Below, piece by piece: positions 19,690 through 29,603 of a stretch of DNA of 64,000 nucleotides (the stretch's first letter is position 1; every line of letters starts with the position of its first letter). The DNA comes from Dongiaceae bacterium. Its GTDB lineage: Bacteria; Pseudomonadota; Alphaproteobacteria; SHNJ01. The position numbers and the translations under genes were made by a program. The notes beneath the pieces are model-generated. The model was not told the origin of the DNA and did no database searches. It worked only from the letters and a program-made list of their open reading frames with translations. The DNA lies in assembly GCA_050182275.1 (NCBI GenBank), contig JBFXCK010000002.1, positions 2,285 through 66,284 of the forward strand, written 5' to 3'.

Positions 19690-19752
19690 GAGCAAAGCGA
19701 ATTAGAAATTCTTATGTCCCCCGAAGCCTTGGCGTAGGGGGGCACTGGTGCC
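19690..19752. repeat. Intergenic hairpin repeat family 1, partial copy C
   Basis: gtcccccgaagccttggcgtaggggggcactggtgcc matches the 3' half of copy A (gtcgcccgaagctttagcgtagggggactggtcgcc). agcaaagcgaa matches copy B. Confidence 0.55.
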
Positions 19753-19778
19753 ATTTTATATTATACAGGAACCCTCGA

Positions 19779-20654
19779 ATGTCCCCCTCCCTCAAAACCT
19801 TTATGATCAGTCTGTTAACCGCCATTGTAGTGGTTATTATCATGCTGCGCTTTTATGGCCCGTCATCTTCAACCCCGGCGCTTGAAACCAAAAAAGCGGA
19901 AACGACTTTTGAGCGTATTGCGCGCACCGGCGTCATTCGCTGCGGCTATGGCACTTGGCCGCCTTATTTGATGAAGGATCCCAACACAGGCCAACTCAGC
20001 GGCATGAATTATGAAGTAATGGAAGCGATTGGCCGTAATTTAGAATTGAAAATCGAATGGACCGAAGAAGTAGGCTGGGGCAATTACATCGAAGGTATCA
20101 ATACCAAACGCTATGATATGTTTTGCGCCAGCGTATGGCCAAATGGCCCGCGCACCAAGAATACGACCTTAAGTAAGCCCACTTTTTATTCAGCGGCCTA
20201 TGCCTTGGCGCGGATTGATGACCACCGTTTTGACGGCGATTTATCGAAAGTAAATGATCCGGCTGTGAAAATTTCGGTGATCGAGGGCGATTATACGGAA
20301 AGCCTGGCCAAAGAAGATTATCCAAAAGCCAGCCGCAATGTTTTGTCTCCCAATAGCGATGGCGCGCAAGTTCTATTGGAAATCGCCAGCGGCAAGGCCG
20401 ACATTGCCTTCGCCGATTTGGGTTTATTCCGTGAATTTGAAAAAAATAATCCGGGTAAATTGACGTTAGTGCCGAATACGCCGCCTTCGCGCATTTTTGG
20501 CGAGCATTTATCGGTGGGATTGGGAGAGTTTGAGCTTAAAAACGCCCTGGATACAGCGATCACCACTTTATCCAATAGCGGCGTGATTGCTAAAATCATC
20601 AAGCAATATCAAGGTGGCAGCACCTATGCGCCGGCGCCGGATTTCGCGCAGTAA
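19779..20654 (+). CDS. Solute-binding protein, family 3 (amino-acid ABC type), membrane-anchored, orphan
   Basis: 291 aa with an N-terminal TM segment and a PBP type 2 fold pattern (GVIRCGY ... DMFCASVW ... GKADIAFAD). There is no adjacent permease or ATPase gene. Confidence 0.65.
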   Translation: MSPSLKTFMISLLTAIVVVIIMLRFYGPSSSTPALETKKAETTFERIARTGVIRCGYGTWPPYLMKDPNTGQLSGMNYEVMEAIGRNLELKIEWTEEVGWGNYIEGINTKRYDMFCASVWPNGPRTKNTTLSKPTFYSAAYALARIDDHRFDGDLSKVNDPAVKISVIEGDYTESLAKEDYPKASRNVLSPNSDGAQVLLEIASGKADIAFADLGLFREFEKNNPGKLTLVPNTPPSRIFGEHLSVGLGEFELKNALDTAITTLSNSGVIAKIIKQYQGGSTYAPAPDFAQ

Positions 20655-20769
20655 GCCTGATTCTTAAAGAATACAACGCTTCACGTTGTTGATAAGCTTA
20701 AAAAGGCCTAACCCTTGTTATTTTCAAGCACTTAGCGCATATTGCGGGCAGGAAAACCTTTAAAACCAA

Positions 20770-20830
20770 GCTCGTCCTGAGCTTGTCGAAGGATGAGCGT
20801 CGCTCATGATTCGACTAGCTCACCATGAGC
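20770..20830. repeat. Intergenic hairpin repeat family 2, copy 1 (modules B then A)
   Basis: gctcgtcctgagcttgtcgaaggatgagc followed by gctcatgattcgactagctcaccatgagc. Both modules recur at 22438..22511. Confidence 0.75.
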
Positions 20831-20843
20831 GAAAGAATTTGAG

Positions 20844-21221
20844 ATGGCCCATTACTACACCCAGTATTTACAGGAATATTTGCCCATTATCGTGTTTTTG
20901 GGCCTGGCGGCGGGTTTGTCGGTCATTATTTTGATTGCCTCTTATTTGCTGGCCGAACAAAAGCCGGATTCAGAAAAACTTTCGACCTATGAATGCGGTT
21001 TCGATGCGTTTAAGGATGCGCGCGGGAAATTCGATGTGCGGTTTTATTTGGTTTCGATTTTATTCATTATTTTTGATTTAGAAGTCGCCTTTCTTTTTCC
21101 CTGGGCCATTAGTTTAGGCAAAATCGGCTTCTTTGGTTTTTGGTCAATGGTAACCTTTTTGGGTGTGCTCACCATCGGTTTTATTTACGAATGGAAAAAG
21201 GGCGCGTTGGAGTGGGAATAA
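20844..21221 (+). CDS. nuoA: NADH-quinone oxidoreductase subunit A
   Basis: 125 aa with three TM segments and motifs YECGF and [12 protein letters not shown]. Confidence 0.92.
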   Translation: MAHYYTQYLQEYLPIIVFLGLAAGLSVIILIASYLLAEQKPDSEKLSTYECGFDAFKDARGKFDVRFYLVSILFIIFDLEVAFLFPWAISLGKIGFFGFWSMVTFLGVLTIGFIYEWKKGALEWE

Positions 21222-21791
21222 ATGGGTAAGCAATTAATTGTCACGGCAAGCGGCAGCGGCCTAAGCATGGCCGACATCGCCCAGGATAATCTGGAAGCGG
21301 CCGCTTTGCGCCAAGAATATAGCGATAAGGGTTTTATCGTAACCCAGCTTGATAAATTGGTGCGCTGGGCGCAAACCGGATCGCTTTGGCCGATGACATT
21401 CGGTTTGGCTTGCTGCGCGGTTGAGATGATGCAAACCGCCGCCAGCCGCTATGATCTTGACCGTTTCGGCATGGTTTTCCGCCCCAGCCCCAGGCAGTCG
21501 GATGTGATGATTGTGGCGGGCACGCTGACCAACAAAATGGCGCCGGCCCTTCGCAAAGTGTATGACCAAATGGCTGAACCGCGCTGGGTGGTTTCGATGG
21601 GTTCCTGCGCCAATGGCGGCGGCTATTACCATTATTCCTATTCAGTGGTGCGCGGGTGCGACCGTGTGGTTCCGGTCGATATTTATGTGCCCGGTTGCCC
21701 GCCAACGGCTGAAGCTTTGCTTTATGGCTTAATGCAATTGCAGAAAAAAATTAAGGGCCGCAAAGTTATCCGCCGGCCGGAGGCCGCTTAG
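21222..21791 (+). CDS. nuoB: NADH-quinone oxidoreductase subunit B
   Basis: N2 cluster ligand context [20 protein letters not shown] and VPGCPP. Confidence 0.95.
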   Translation: MGKQLIVTASGSGLSMADIAQDNLEAAALRQEYSDKGFIVTQLDKLVRWAQTGSLWPMTFGLACCAVEMMQTAASRYDLDRFGMVFRPSPRQSDVMIVAGTLTNKMAPALRKVYDQMAEPRWVVSMGSCANGGGYYHYSYSVVRGCDRVVPVDIYVPGCPPTAEALLYGLMQLQKKIKGRKVIRRPEAA

Positions 21792-22433
21792 ATGGCGCTT
21801 GATCTAGCCAGCCTTGCCGCCCAGCTTGCCAATCATTTTGGCGCAAAAATGCAATCGCATGAGATTAAGCACGGCGAATTAACGCTGCTGGTGACGCGTG
21901 AATCGATTATCGAGGTTTTAACACATCTGCGCGATCAATGGTCGTTTACCATGCTGGCCGATTTATGCGGTGTTGATTATTTGAACCGGCCGGAACGTTT
22001 TGAGGTGGTTTATAATTTATTGTCGCTTTCTTTCAATGCGCGTATCCGCGTTAAAATTTCAACCGATGAGGCAACGCCGGTGCCAAGCGCTGCCGGCGTA
22101 TTCAGCGCCGCCGGCTGGTATGAACGTGAAGCCTGGGATTTGTATGGTATTACATTCGCCGGCAACCCTGATTTGCGCCGGATCTTGACCGATTATGGAT
22201 TTGAAGGCCATCCGTTGCGGAAAGACTTCCCCTTAACCGGCTATGTCGAAGTGCGCTATGACGAAGAGCAAAAGCGCGTGGTGTATGAACCGGTAAAATT
22301 GCCGCAAGATTTCCGCACTTTTGATTTTCTAAGCCCGTGGGAAGGGATGGATCAAATATTGCCCGGCGATGAAAAGGCAGGCCCTGCCCACCAACCCATC
22401 GGCACGCCGCAAGCAAAGAAGAGGAGTGCCTGA
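21792..22433 (+). CDS. nuoC: NADH-quinone oxidoreductase subunit C
   Basis: 213 aa with the 30-kDa subunit motif ERE(A)[30 protein letters not shown]. Confidence 0.93.
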   Translation: MALDLASLAAQLANHFGAKMQSHEIKHGELTLLVTRESIIEVLTHLRDQWSFTMLADLCGVDYLNRPERFEVVYNLLSLSFNARIRVKISTDEATPVPSAAGVFSAAGWYEREAWDLYGITFAGNPDLRRILTDYGFEGHPLRKDFPLTGYVEVRYDEEQKRVVYEPVKLPQDFRTFDFLSPWEGMDQILPGDEKAGPAHQPIGTPQAKKRSA

Positions 22434-22437
22434 TGAT

Positions 22438-22511
22438 CCTCATGGTTCGACAGGCTCACCATGAGCAGAGTCAAAATAAAAAGCTCATCCTGAGCTTGTC
22501 GAAGGATGAGC
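22438..22511. repeat. Intergenic hairpin repeat family 2, copy 2 (modules A then B), inside the nuo operon
   Basis: cctcatggttcgacaggctcaccatgagc and gctcatcctgagcttgtcgaaggatgagc occupy most of the 103-nt nuoC-nuoD gap. Confidence 0.75.
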
Positions 22512-22536
22512 TTAATAATACGAGTATTTTTAAATC

Positions 22537-23724
22537 ATGACACAAAACGCTGCCCTTAAAGACGAAAAATTTACGCTGAATTTTGGCCCGCAGCATCCGG
22601 CGGCGCACGGCGTGTTGCGCCTTGTCTTGGATATGGATGGCGAAGTGATCGAGCGCGCCGATCCGCATATTGGCTTGCTTCACCGCGGCACCGAAAAATT
22701 AATTGAATATAAAACCTATTTGCAGGCAGTGCCTTATTTCGACCGGCTGGATTATGTTGCGCCGATGAATCAGGAACATGCCTTTGCCTTGGCGGTTGAA
22801 AAGCTGATGGGCTTGGAAGTGCCCGAGCGCGGGCAATATATCCGCGTGCTTTATTGCGAAATCGGGCGGATTTTGAATCATTTATTGAATATCACCACTT
22901 TTGCGATCGACGTTGGTGCGATGACGCCCTTGCTCTGGGCTTTCGAAGAGCGCGAGGTGCTGATGGAATTTTACGAACGCGCCTCAGGCGCGCGGCTGCA
23001 CGCCAATTACTTCCGCCCCGGCGGCGTTGCTTTCGATATGCCGCCCGGCCTGGCCGAAGATATTTGGAAATTTACCGAACGCTTCCCCAAAACCATTGAC
23101 GATATCGAGGGGTTGCTGACCGAAAACCGCATTTTCCGCCAGCGCACCGTTGATATCGGCGTTATTTCGGCCAAGGATGCGCTGGATTGGGGGCTGTCTG
23201 GCCCGATGCTGCGCGGCAGCGGCGTGGCGTGGGATTTGCGTAAGTCCCAACCCTATGATGCCTATGCAAAAATGGATTTCGGCGTTCCGGTTGGCAAGAC
23301 GGGCGATTGTTTCGCGCGCTATTTGGTGCGGATCGAGGAAATGCGTGAATCATTAAAAATCATGCGTCAATGTTTGCAAAACATGCCGGGCGGCCCGGTG
23401 AAAAGCATTGACCGCAAAATTACGCCGCCGCCGCGCGAGGAAATGAAAATGTCGATGGAGGCTTTAATCCATCACTTTAAATTATTTACCGAAGGCTATC
23501 ATGTGCCGGAAGGCGAAACCTATACGGCGGTGGAGGCGCCTAAAGGCGAGTTCGGCGTTTATTTGGTTTCCGATGGCACGAACAAACCTTACCGCTGCAA
23601 AATCCGTGCGCCCGGATTTGCCTTTATGCAGGCGCTTGATTTCATGGCCAAGGGCCACATGCTGGCCGATGTGGTGGCGATTATCGGTTCCATGGATATT
23701 GTGTTCGGAGAAGTCGATCGATGA
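22537..23724 (+). CDS. nuoD: NADH-quinone oxidoreductase subunit D
   Basis: 395 aa with [16 protein letters not shown] and HRGTEKL, and the C-terminus DIVFGEVDR. Confidence 0.96.
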   Translation: MTQNAALKDEKFTLNFGPQHPAAHGVLRLVLDMDGEVIERADPHIGLLHRGTEKLIEYKTYLQAVPYFDRLDYVAPMNQEHAFALAVEKLMGLEVPERGQYIRVLYCEIGRILNHLLNITTFAIDVGAMTPLLWAFEEREVLMEFYERASGARLHANYFRPGGVAFDMPPGLAEDIWKFTERFPKTIDDIEGLLTENRIFRQRTVDIGVISAKDALDWGLSGPMLRGSGVAWDLRKSQPYDAYAKMDFGVPVGKTGDCFARYLVRIEEMRESLKIMRQCLQNMPGGPVKSIDRKITPPPREEMKMSMEALIHHFKLFTEGYHVPEGETYTAVEAPKGEFGVYLVSDGTNKPYRCKIRAPGFAFMQALDFMAKGHMLADVVAIIGSMDIVFGEVDR

Positions 23725-24278
23725 GCGAAGTTTTTACCTTCACCCCGGAAAATAAAAAACGCGCCGAGGAAATTGTCGCCAATTATCCCAAAGGCCGCCA
23801 GCAAAGCGCGATTTTGCCATTGCTTGATATGGCGCAGCGCCAAAATGATAATTGGCTGCCCAAGGCGGCCATGGATTATGTGGCGGAATATCTGGGTTTG
23901 GCCCCGATCCGGGTTTACGAGGTTGCGACCTTTTATTCGATGTTCAATTTAAAGCCGGTCGGCAAGCATTTTGTGCAAGTGTGCACCACTACGCCTTGCT
24001 GGCTGCGCGGTTCCTCTGAAATTATGGATGCTTGCCACCACAAAATCGGCGATGACAAAAATTTCAGCTTGGTGGAAGTCGAATGTTTGGGCGCTTGCGT
24101 GAATGCGCCGGTGGTGCAAATTAATGACGATTATTACGAAGATGTCACCCCGCAAATTATGGAACAAATGATTGCCGATTTAAAGGCCGGTAAAAAACTA
24201 AAACCCGGCTCGCAAACCGGCCGTCAAGGCTCGGCCCCCGAAGGCGGGCCAACCACATTGAAAAATAAGGTAGCCTAA
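23721..24278 (+). CDS. nuoE: NADH-quinone oxidoreductase subunit E
   Basis: 24-kDa subunit with 2Fe-2S Cys ligands ([11 protein letters not shown] ... [10 protein letters not shown]). It overlaps the nuoD stop by 4 nt. Confidence 0.94.
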   Translation: MSEVFTFTPENKKRAEEIVANYPKGRQQSAILPLLDMAQRQNDNWLPKAAMDYVAEYLGLAPIRVYEVATFYSMFNLKPVGKHFVQVCTTTPCWLRGSSEIMDACHHKIGDDKNFSLVEVECLGACVNAPVVQINDDYYEDVTPQIMEQMIADLKAGKKLKPGSQTGRQGSAPEGGPTTLKNKVA

Positions 24279-25564
24279 TGCTGCAAGATCAAGACCGCAT
24301 TTTTACGAATCTTTATGGCCAGCATGATTGGCGCCTGGAAGGCGCCAAGGCGCGTGGCATTTGGTCGAATACCAAAGATTTCATTTTAAAGGGCCGTGAT
24401 TGGATTGTGGAAGAGGTAAAAAAATCGGGCTTACGCGGGCGCGGCGGCGCCGGTTTTCCAACCGGCACCAAATGGTCTTTCATGCCCAAGGGTTCGGTTG
24501 ATGGCCGTCCCAGCTATTTGGTGGTCAATGCCGATGAATCCGAGCCCGGCACCTGCAAAGACCGCGATATTTTACGCTTTGATCCGCACCGTTTGCTGGA
24601 GGGCATTGTACTGGCCGGTTGCGCGATGGGCGTTAGCGCCGCCTATATTTATATCCGCGGTGAATTTTATAACGAGGCCAGCAATTTAAGCGTCGCTATT
24701 AAAGAGGCGTATGCGGCTGGTTTGATCGGCAAAAATGCCTGCGGCTCGGGTTACGATATCGAAATTTATTTGCACCGGGGGGCAGGCGCCTATATTTGCG
24801 GTGAAGAAACGGCGCTTCTTGAAAGTTTAGAGGGTAAAAAGGGCCAGCCGCGCCTCAAGCCGCCTTTCCCCGCTGCTGTTGGTTTATATGGCTGCCCGAC
24901 TACCGTGAATAATGTTGAAACCATCGCCGTCACCGGTGAAATTTTGCGCCGGGGCGGGGAATGGTTCGCCAAAATCGGCCGCCCGAAAAATGAGGGCACC
25001 AAAATCTTTTGCATTTCAGGTCATGTGAACAAGCCCTGCAATGTGGAAGAAGAAATGGGCATTCCGCTCAAAGAATTGATCGAACGCCATGCTGGCGGCG
25101 TGCGCGGCGGGTGGGATAATTTATTGGCGATCATTCCGGGCGGATCTTCCGTGCCGTTATTGCCAAAATCAGTTTGCGACAATGTGCTGATGGATTTTGA
25201 TTCATTGCGCGCGGTGCAATCGGGCCTTGGCACGGCGGCGGTAATTGTCATGGATAAATCAACCGACATTGTGAAGGCCATCGCCCGTCTTTCCCGCTTT
25301 TATAAACATGAATCTTGCGGCCAATGCACTCCCTGCCGCGAAGGCACGGGCTGGCTGTGGCGCATGATGGAGCGTATGGCCATTGGCGATGCCAAGCCTG
25401 AGGAAATTGAAGTGTTATTAGACGTTACTAAACAAATCGAAGGCCACACTATTTGCGCGCTGGGCGATGCTGCCGCCTGGCCGGTGCAAGGTTTAATCCG
25501 CCATTTCCGCCCTGAGTTGGAGCGCCGGATTGAGGTTGCACGCAACAAACAAGCAGCCGCTTAA
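24278..25564 (+). CDS. nuoF: NADH-quinone oxidoreductase subunit F
   Basis: FMN/NADH site [13 protein letters not shown] and 4Fe-4S motif [12 protein letters not shown]. Confidence 0.96.
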   Translation: MLQDQDRIFTNLYGQHDWRLEGAKARGIWSNTKDFILKGRDWIVEEVKKSGLRGRGGAGFPTGTKWSFMPKGSVDGRPSYLVVNADESEPGTCKDRDILRFDPHRLLEGIVLAGCAMGVSAAYIYIRGEFYNEASNLSVAIKEAYAAGLIGKNACGSGYDIEIYLHRGAGAYICGEETALLESLEGKKGQPRLKPPFPAAVGLYGCPTTVNNVETIAVTGEILRRGGEWFAKIGRPKNEGTKIFCISGHVNKPCNVEEEMGIPLKELIERHAGGVRGGWDNLLAIIPGGSSVPLLPKSVCDNVLMDFDSLRAVQSGLGTAAVIVMDKSTDIVKAIARLSRFYKHESCGQCTPCREGTGWLWRMMERMAIGDAKPEEIEVLLDVTKQIEGHTICALGDAAAWPVQGLIRHFRPELERRIEVARNKQAAA

Positions 25565-25578
25565 AAAAGGAGCAGACG

Positions 25579-25995
25579 ATGAAAGACTCTATTTATATGA
25601 CACCTGAGGAAAGAGCTGTTGTAGTAACTAAGGCGAATAATTTTTCAACTTTTGTAGTAACTTCAAGGCTTAGGGATATTGCTGCCCCCTTCATGCCTTT
25701 TACTGGTTGGGGCACTATTCTTGGCTCTTGCTTCCTAGCGGTTGTTGCTTTGAACGCGGTAACTCTTATGGCTTTGGCTACGTGGATGGTTGCAGCGGCT
25801 GTAACTATGGGTTTAGGAATTTTGCAATGTTATTTGGGCCGTGATTGGCGGGCAACGAAAGAAGTTAGAGCCGATATTCTTATTTTGGCAGGCAGACATC
25901 TTCATCCACGCAATCAGGCAAGACCGGTTAATGTCGTTGCTTGTAACTCTGCTTCTTCGCAATCACCGCCGCGTGGGCCTGTGCGTGAACGGTAA
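25579..25995 (+). CDS. Small membrane protein of unknown function inserted between nuoF and nuoG
   Basis: 138-aa ORF with aaggag 7 nt upstream of the ATG and two predicted TM helices (WGTILGSCFLAVVALNAVTLMALATWMVAAAVTMGLGIL). Its codon usage is visibly more AT-rich than the flanking nuo genes. Confidence 0.55.
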   Translation: MKDSIYMTPEERAVVVTKANNFSTFVVTSRLRDIAAPFMPFTGWGTILGSCFLAVVALNAVTLMALATWMVAAAVTMGLGILQCYLGRDWRATKEVRADILILAGRHLHPRNQARPVNVVACNSASSQSPPRGPVRER

Positions 25996-26009
25996 TTAAG
26001 GATATTTAA

Positions 26010-28064
26010 ATGCCCAAAATTGTCATTAACGGAAAAGAAATCGAAGTTGCGGCCGGGCGCACGGTGTTTCAGGCTTGCCAGGATATAGGTGTTGAGGTTC
26101 CGCATTTCTGTTTTCATGAGCGGCTGGCAATCGCCGGCAATTGCCGCATGTGTTTGGTGGAGATGGAAAAGGCGCCAAAGCCGATTGCTTCCTGCGCCAT
26201 GCCGGTCGCCGATGGGATGGTGATTAAAACCGATACGCCGCTTGTGCACAAAGCGCGGCAAGGGGTAATGGAATTTTTGCTGCTCAACCATCCGCTTGAT
26301 TGTCCGATTTGCGATCAGGGCGGCGAATGCGATTTGCAAGATCAGGCCATGGCCTATGGCTATGACCGTGGCCGCACCAAGGAAATGCGCCGCGCCGTGC
26401 CCGATAAATATATGGGGCCGCTGGTTAAAACCGTAATGAACCGCTGCATTCACTGCACGCGCTGCATCCGCTTTATTGATGAGGTCGCGGGCGTGCCGGA
26501 ATTGGGCGCGGTGGGGCGCGGCGAGAATATGGAAGTCACCAATTATGTTGAAAAAGCACTCACTTCCGAACTTTCCGCCAATATTATCGATCTGTGCCCG
26601 GTTGGCGCGCTTACCTCAAAACCCTATGAATTCGCCGCGCGGCCTTGGGAATTGACCAATACGTTAAGTGTTGATGTGCATGATGCGGTCGGCAGCAATA
26701 TCCGCATCGATTCGCGTGGCCGTGAAGTCATGCGCATTCTGCCGCGTTTGAACGAGGCTATTAACGAAGAATGGCTGGCCGATAAATCGCGCTATGCCTG
26801 TGACGGTTTAAAGCGCCAGCGGCTTGACCGCTGCTATATCCGCGTTGAGGGCAAGCTGCAGCCGGCTGCTTGGGAAGAGGCGTTCGCCTTCATTGCCAAG
26901 CGCCTGAAAAAAGTGCCGGGTCAAAAAATCGCGGCTCTAGCTGGCGATTTGTGCGATATCGAATCGATGTTGCTGTTGAAAGAATTGATGCAATCGCTCG
27001 GCTCTAATAATTATGATTGCCGCCAAGATGGCGCGAAGTTAGATGCCAGCACACGCGCCGGATATTTATTCAACACCACCATCGCCGGCATCGAGCAGGC
27101 CGATGCGTGCCTGTTGATCGGCGCCAATCCACGTGTTGAGGCGCCCTTGGTGATGGCGCGCTTGCGCAAGCGTTTCTTGCAGAATGGCCTGAAAATCGGC
27201 TTGCTCGGCGCACCCGCCAATTTGACCGCGAAATATGAAGATTTGGGCGATAAACCCGAAACTTTAGTGGCTATTGCGCATGGCAAACATCCTTTCCATC
27301 AAATTTTAAAGGGCGCTAAGAAACCGATGCTTATCATTGGTATGGGCGCTTTAACGCGGAATGACGGCGCTTATTTGCTGCATTTGGCGCGCCATATCGC
27401 TGATTCTTGCAACTTGATTCAGCATGATTGGAACGGTTTTAACGTGCTGCATACCGCGGCCGCACGGGTAGGGGGCCTTGATGTTGGCTTCATTCCGCCC
27501 AAGGGCGGAAAAGATACAGCCGGAATTATGGCGGCTTGCGAATCGGGTGAGATCGAGGCGCTTTATTTATTAGGCGCCGATGAAATCGATACCGAAAAAT
27601 TGGGCAAGGCCTTTGTGATTTATCAGGGCCATCACGGCGATAAGGGCGCGCACCGGGCCGATGTTATTTTGCCGGGCGCCGCATACACTGAAAAAGACGG
27701 GCTTTATGTAAATATGGAAGGCCGCGCGCAATATGGCTTTGCTGCCGTATTGCCGCCCGGCGAGGCTAAGGAAGATTGGAAGATTTTGCGCGCCTTATCC
27801 GAGCGTTTGGGTCATACGCTGCCCTATAATACCCAAAGTCAAATCCGTGAAAAATTGGCCAGCATCAATGCCTGCTTCACGCAAATTGAAGATGTGGTTG
27901 AAGCCCCCTGGGGCCCGTTCGGCCAAGTGGGCACGCTGGATAACCGGCCTTTCGACAAATTCATTGAAAATTACTACATGACCGATGCCATCAGCCGCGC
28001 CTCGCCCACCATGGCGAAATGCACGGCGGAATTTTTATATGGCACCACCGCGGAGGCGGCGTAA
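26010..28064 (+). CDS. nuoG: NADH-quinone oxidoreductase subunit G
   Basis: 684 aa with an N-terminal 2Fe-2S region (CRMCLVE), 4Fe-4S motifs ([17 protein letters not shown]) and a molybdopterin-like domain. Confidence 0.96.
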   Translation: MPKIVINGKEIEVAAGRTVFQACQDIGVEVPHFCFHERLAIAGNCRMCLVEMEKAPKPIASCAMPVADGMVIKTDTPLVHKARQGVMEFLLLNHPLDCPICDQGGECDLQDQAMAYGYDRGRTKEMRRAVPDKYMGPLVKTVMNRCIHCTRCIRFIDEVAGVPELGAVGRGENMEVTNYVEKALTSELSANIIDLCPVGALTSKPYEFAARPWELTNTLSVDVHDAVGSNIRIDSRGREVMRILPRLNEAINEEWLADKSRYACDGLKRQRLDRCYIRVEGKLQPAAWEEAFAFIAKRLKKVPGQKIAALAGDLCDIESMLLLKELMQSLGSNNYDCRQDGAKLDASTRAGYLFNTTIAGIEQADACLLIGANPRVEAPLVMARLRKRFLQNGLKIGLLGAPANLTAKYEDLGDKPETLVAIAHGKHPFHQILKGAKKPMLIIGMGALTRNDGAYLLHLARHIADSCNLIQHDWNGFNVLHTAAARVGGLDVGFIPPKGGKDTAGIMAACESGEIEALYLLGADEIDTEKLGKAFVIYQGHHGDKGAHRADVILPGAAYTEKDGLYVNMEGRAQYGFAAVLPPGEAKEDWKILRALSERLGHTLPYNTQSQIREKLASINACFTQIEDVVEAPWGPFGQVGTLDNRPFDKFIENYYMTDAISRASPTMAKCTAEFLYGTTAEAA

Positions 28065-28065
28065 T

Positions 28066-29106
28066 ATGAACGAATTTTTCACTGTCTATGGCATTCCGGC
28101 GCTCATCATGGCGGGCAAGGTGCTGGCGCTGGTGGTGCCTTTGCTGGTGGCGGTTGCGTTCTTAACGCTGGCCGAGCGCAAAGTGATTGGCGCGATTCAA
28201 TTGCGCAAAGGGCCGAATGTGGTGGGGCCGTTTGGCTTATTGCAGCCTTTCGCCGATGCTCTAAAATTATTGATGAAAGAAACCATTATTCCGGCGGCGG
28301 CGAATAAGCTTTTGTTTATTCTGGCGCCGATTGTGACTTTCAGCCTAAGCCTGGTCGCCTGGGCGGTGATTCCGGTAAGCGTTGGCGTGGTTTTGGCCGA
28401 TATTAATGTCGGAATTTTATATTTATTTGCAATTTCCTCGCTCAGCGTATACGGCATCATCATCGCCGGCTGGGCCAGCAATTCCAAATACCCGTTCTTG
28501 GGCGCGCTGCGCTCGGCGGCGCAGATGGTTTCTTACGAGGTTTCGATCGGCTTTGTGATTGTGACGGTGTTGCTATGCGCGGGCAGCATGAATTTAACCG
28601 CAATTGTTGAATCACAGCGCACAGGATGGATTCCGGGCGTGCCGATTTTGGGCGGCTGGTATTTATTGCCGCTGTTGCCGATGTTCGTGATTTTTGTAGT
28701 GTCGGCCTTGGCTGAAACCAACCGCTCGCCCTTTGATTTGGTGGAGGGGGAATCGGAATTGGTAGCGGGCTATTTTGCCGAATATTCCGGAATGCCTTTT
28801 GCCTTGTTCTATTTAGGCGAATATGCCGCGATGATTTTAATGAGCGCCATGGCCTCGATCCTGTTCCTGGGCGGCTGGGTGCCCCCGGTTGAGGCTTTGC
28901 CCTTTACCCTAATTCCAGGCCCGGTATGGTTCGCCTTGAAAATCGCCTTTGTGCTGTTTATCTTTTTATGGGTAAGGGCCACTTTTCCGCGCTACCGCTA
29001 TGACCAATTAATGCGGCTGGGGTGGAAGGTATTTTTGCCGCTTTCCCTGTTTTGGGTTGTTTTAACGGCGGGCGCCTTGCTTGCCAGCGGCCAATTGCCG
29101 CAGTAA
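28066..29106 (+). CDS. nuoH: NADH-quinone oxidoreductase subunit H
   Basis: Polytopic ND1 homologue ([34 protein letters not shown]). The start is set to the ATG at 28066, 1 nt after the nuoG stop. The ORF-track extension from 27985 overlaps nuoG. Confidence 0.93.
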   Translation: MNEFFTVYGIPALIMAGKVLALVVPLLVAVAFLTLAERKVIGAIQLRKGPNVVGPFGLLQPFADALKLLMKETIIPAAANKLLFILAPIVTFSLSLVAWAVIPVSVGVVLADINVGILYLFAISSLSVYGIIIAGWASNSKYPFLGALRSAAQMVSYEVSIGFVIVTVLLCAGSMNLTAIVESQRTGWIPGVPILGGWYLLPLLPMFVIFVVSALAETNRSPFDLVEGESELVAGYFAEYSGMPFALFYLGEYAAMILMSAMASILFLGGWVPPVEALPFTLIPGPVWFALKIAFVLFIFLWVRATFPRYRYDQLMRLGWKVFLPLSLFWVVLTAGALLASGQLPQ

Positions 29107-29115
29107 AGAGGAAGT

Positions 29116-29601
29116 ATGCCATTAAACCGCACCGCGCGTAGTTTTTTATTGGGCGAATTGCTGGGAGGCCTGTGGCTTACCTTCAAATATATTTTCAAGC
29201 CCAAATACACGCTGAATTACCCGTTTGAAAAGGGCAAGATCAGCGCGCGCTTTCGTGGCGAGCATGCTTTGCGCCGCTATGCCAATGGCGAGGAACGCTG
29301 CATTGCCTGCAAATTGTGCGAAGCGGTGTGTCCCGCCCAGGCTATCACCATCGAATCCGAACCGCGCGAAGATGGCAGTAGGCGCACCACGCGCTATGAT
29401 ATCGATATGACTAAATGCATCTATTGCGGCCTATGCCAGGAAAGCTGCCCGGTCGATGCGATTGTACAGGGCCCAAATTTTGAATTCTCGACCGAAACGC
29501 GGGAAGAATTATTTTATAATAAAGAAAAATTGCTGGCCAATGGCGATAGGTGGGAGCCTGAAATCGCCGCCAACTTAAAAGCCGAAGCGCCGTTCAGGTA
29601 A
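29116..29601 (+). CDS. nuoI: NADH-quinone oxidoreductase subunit I
   Basis: Two ferredoxin-type motifs: [12 protein letters not shown] and [12 protein letters not shown]. Confidence 0.95.
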   Translation: MPLNRTARSFLLGELLGGLWLTFKYIFKPKYTLNYPFEKGKISARFRGEHALRRYANGEERCIACKLCEAVCPAQAITIESEPREDGSRRTTRYDIDMTKCIYCGLCQESCPVDAIVQGPNFEFSTETREELFYNKEKLLANGDRWEPEIAANLKAEAPFR

Positions 29602-29603
29602 TT

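Noticed and set aside
22471-22683. A 70-aa minus-strand ORF ending in SSSFDKLRMSFLF.
   Set aside because: It is a translation of the family 2 repeat and is antisense to the nuoD start. This is a typical spurious repeat-derived peptide.
27985-28065. The 5' extensions of ORF-track entries for nuoH (27985), for the HlyD-like gene (to 30917) and for hupB (15870).
   Set aside because: The extensions overlap the upstream genes or encode Arg-rich junk. Internal ATGs at 28066, 30815 and 15897 sit at canonical distances from the preceding stop or from an SD.
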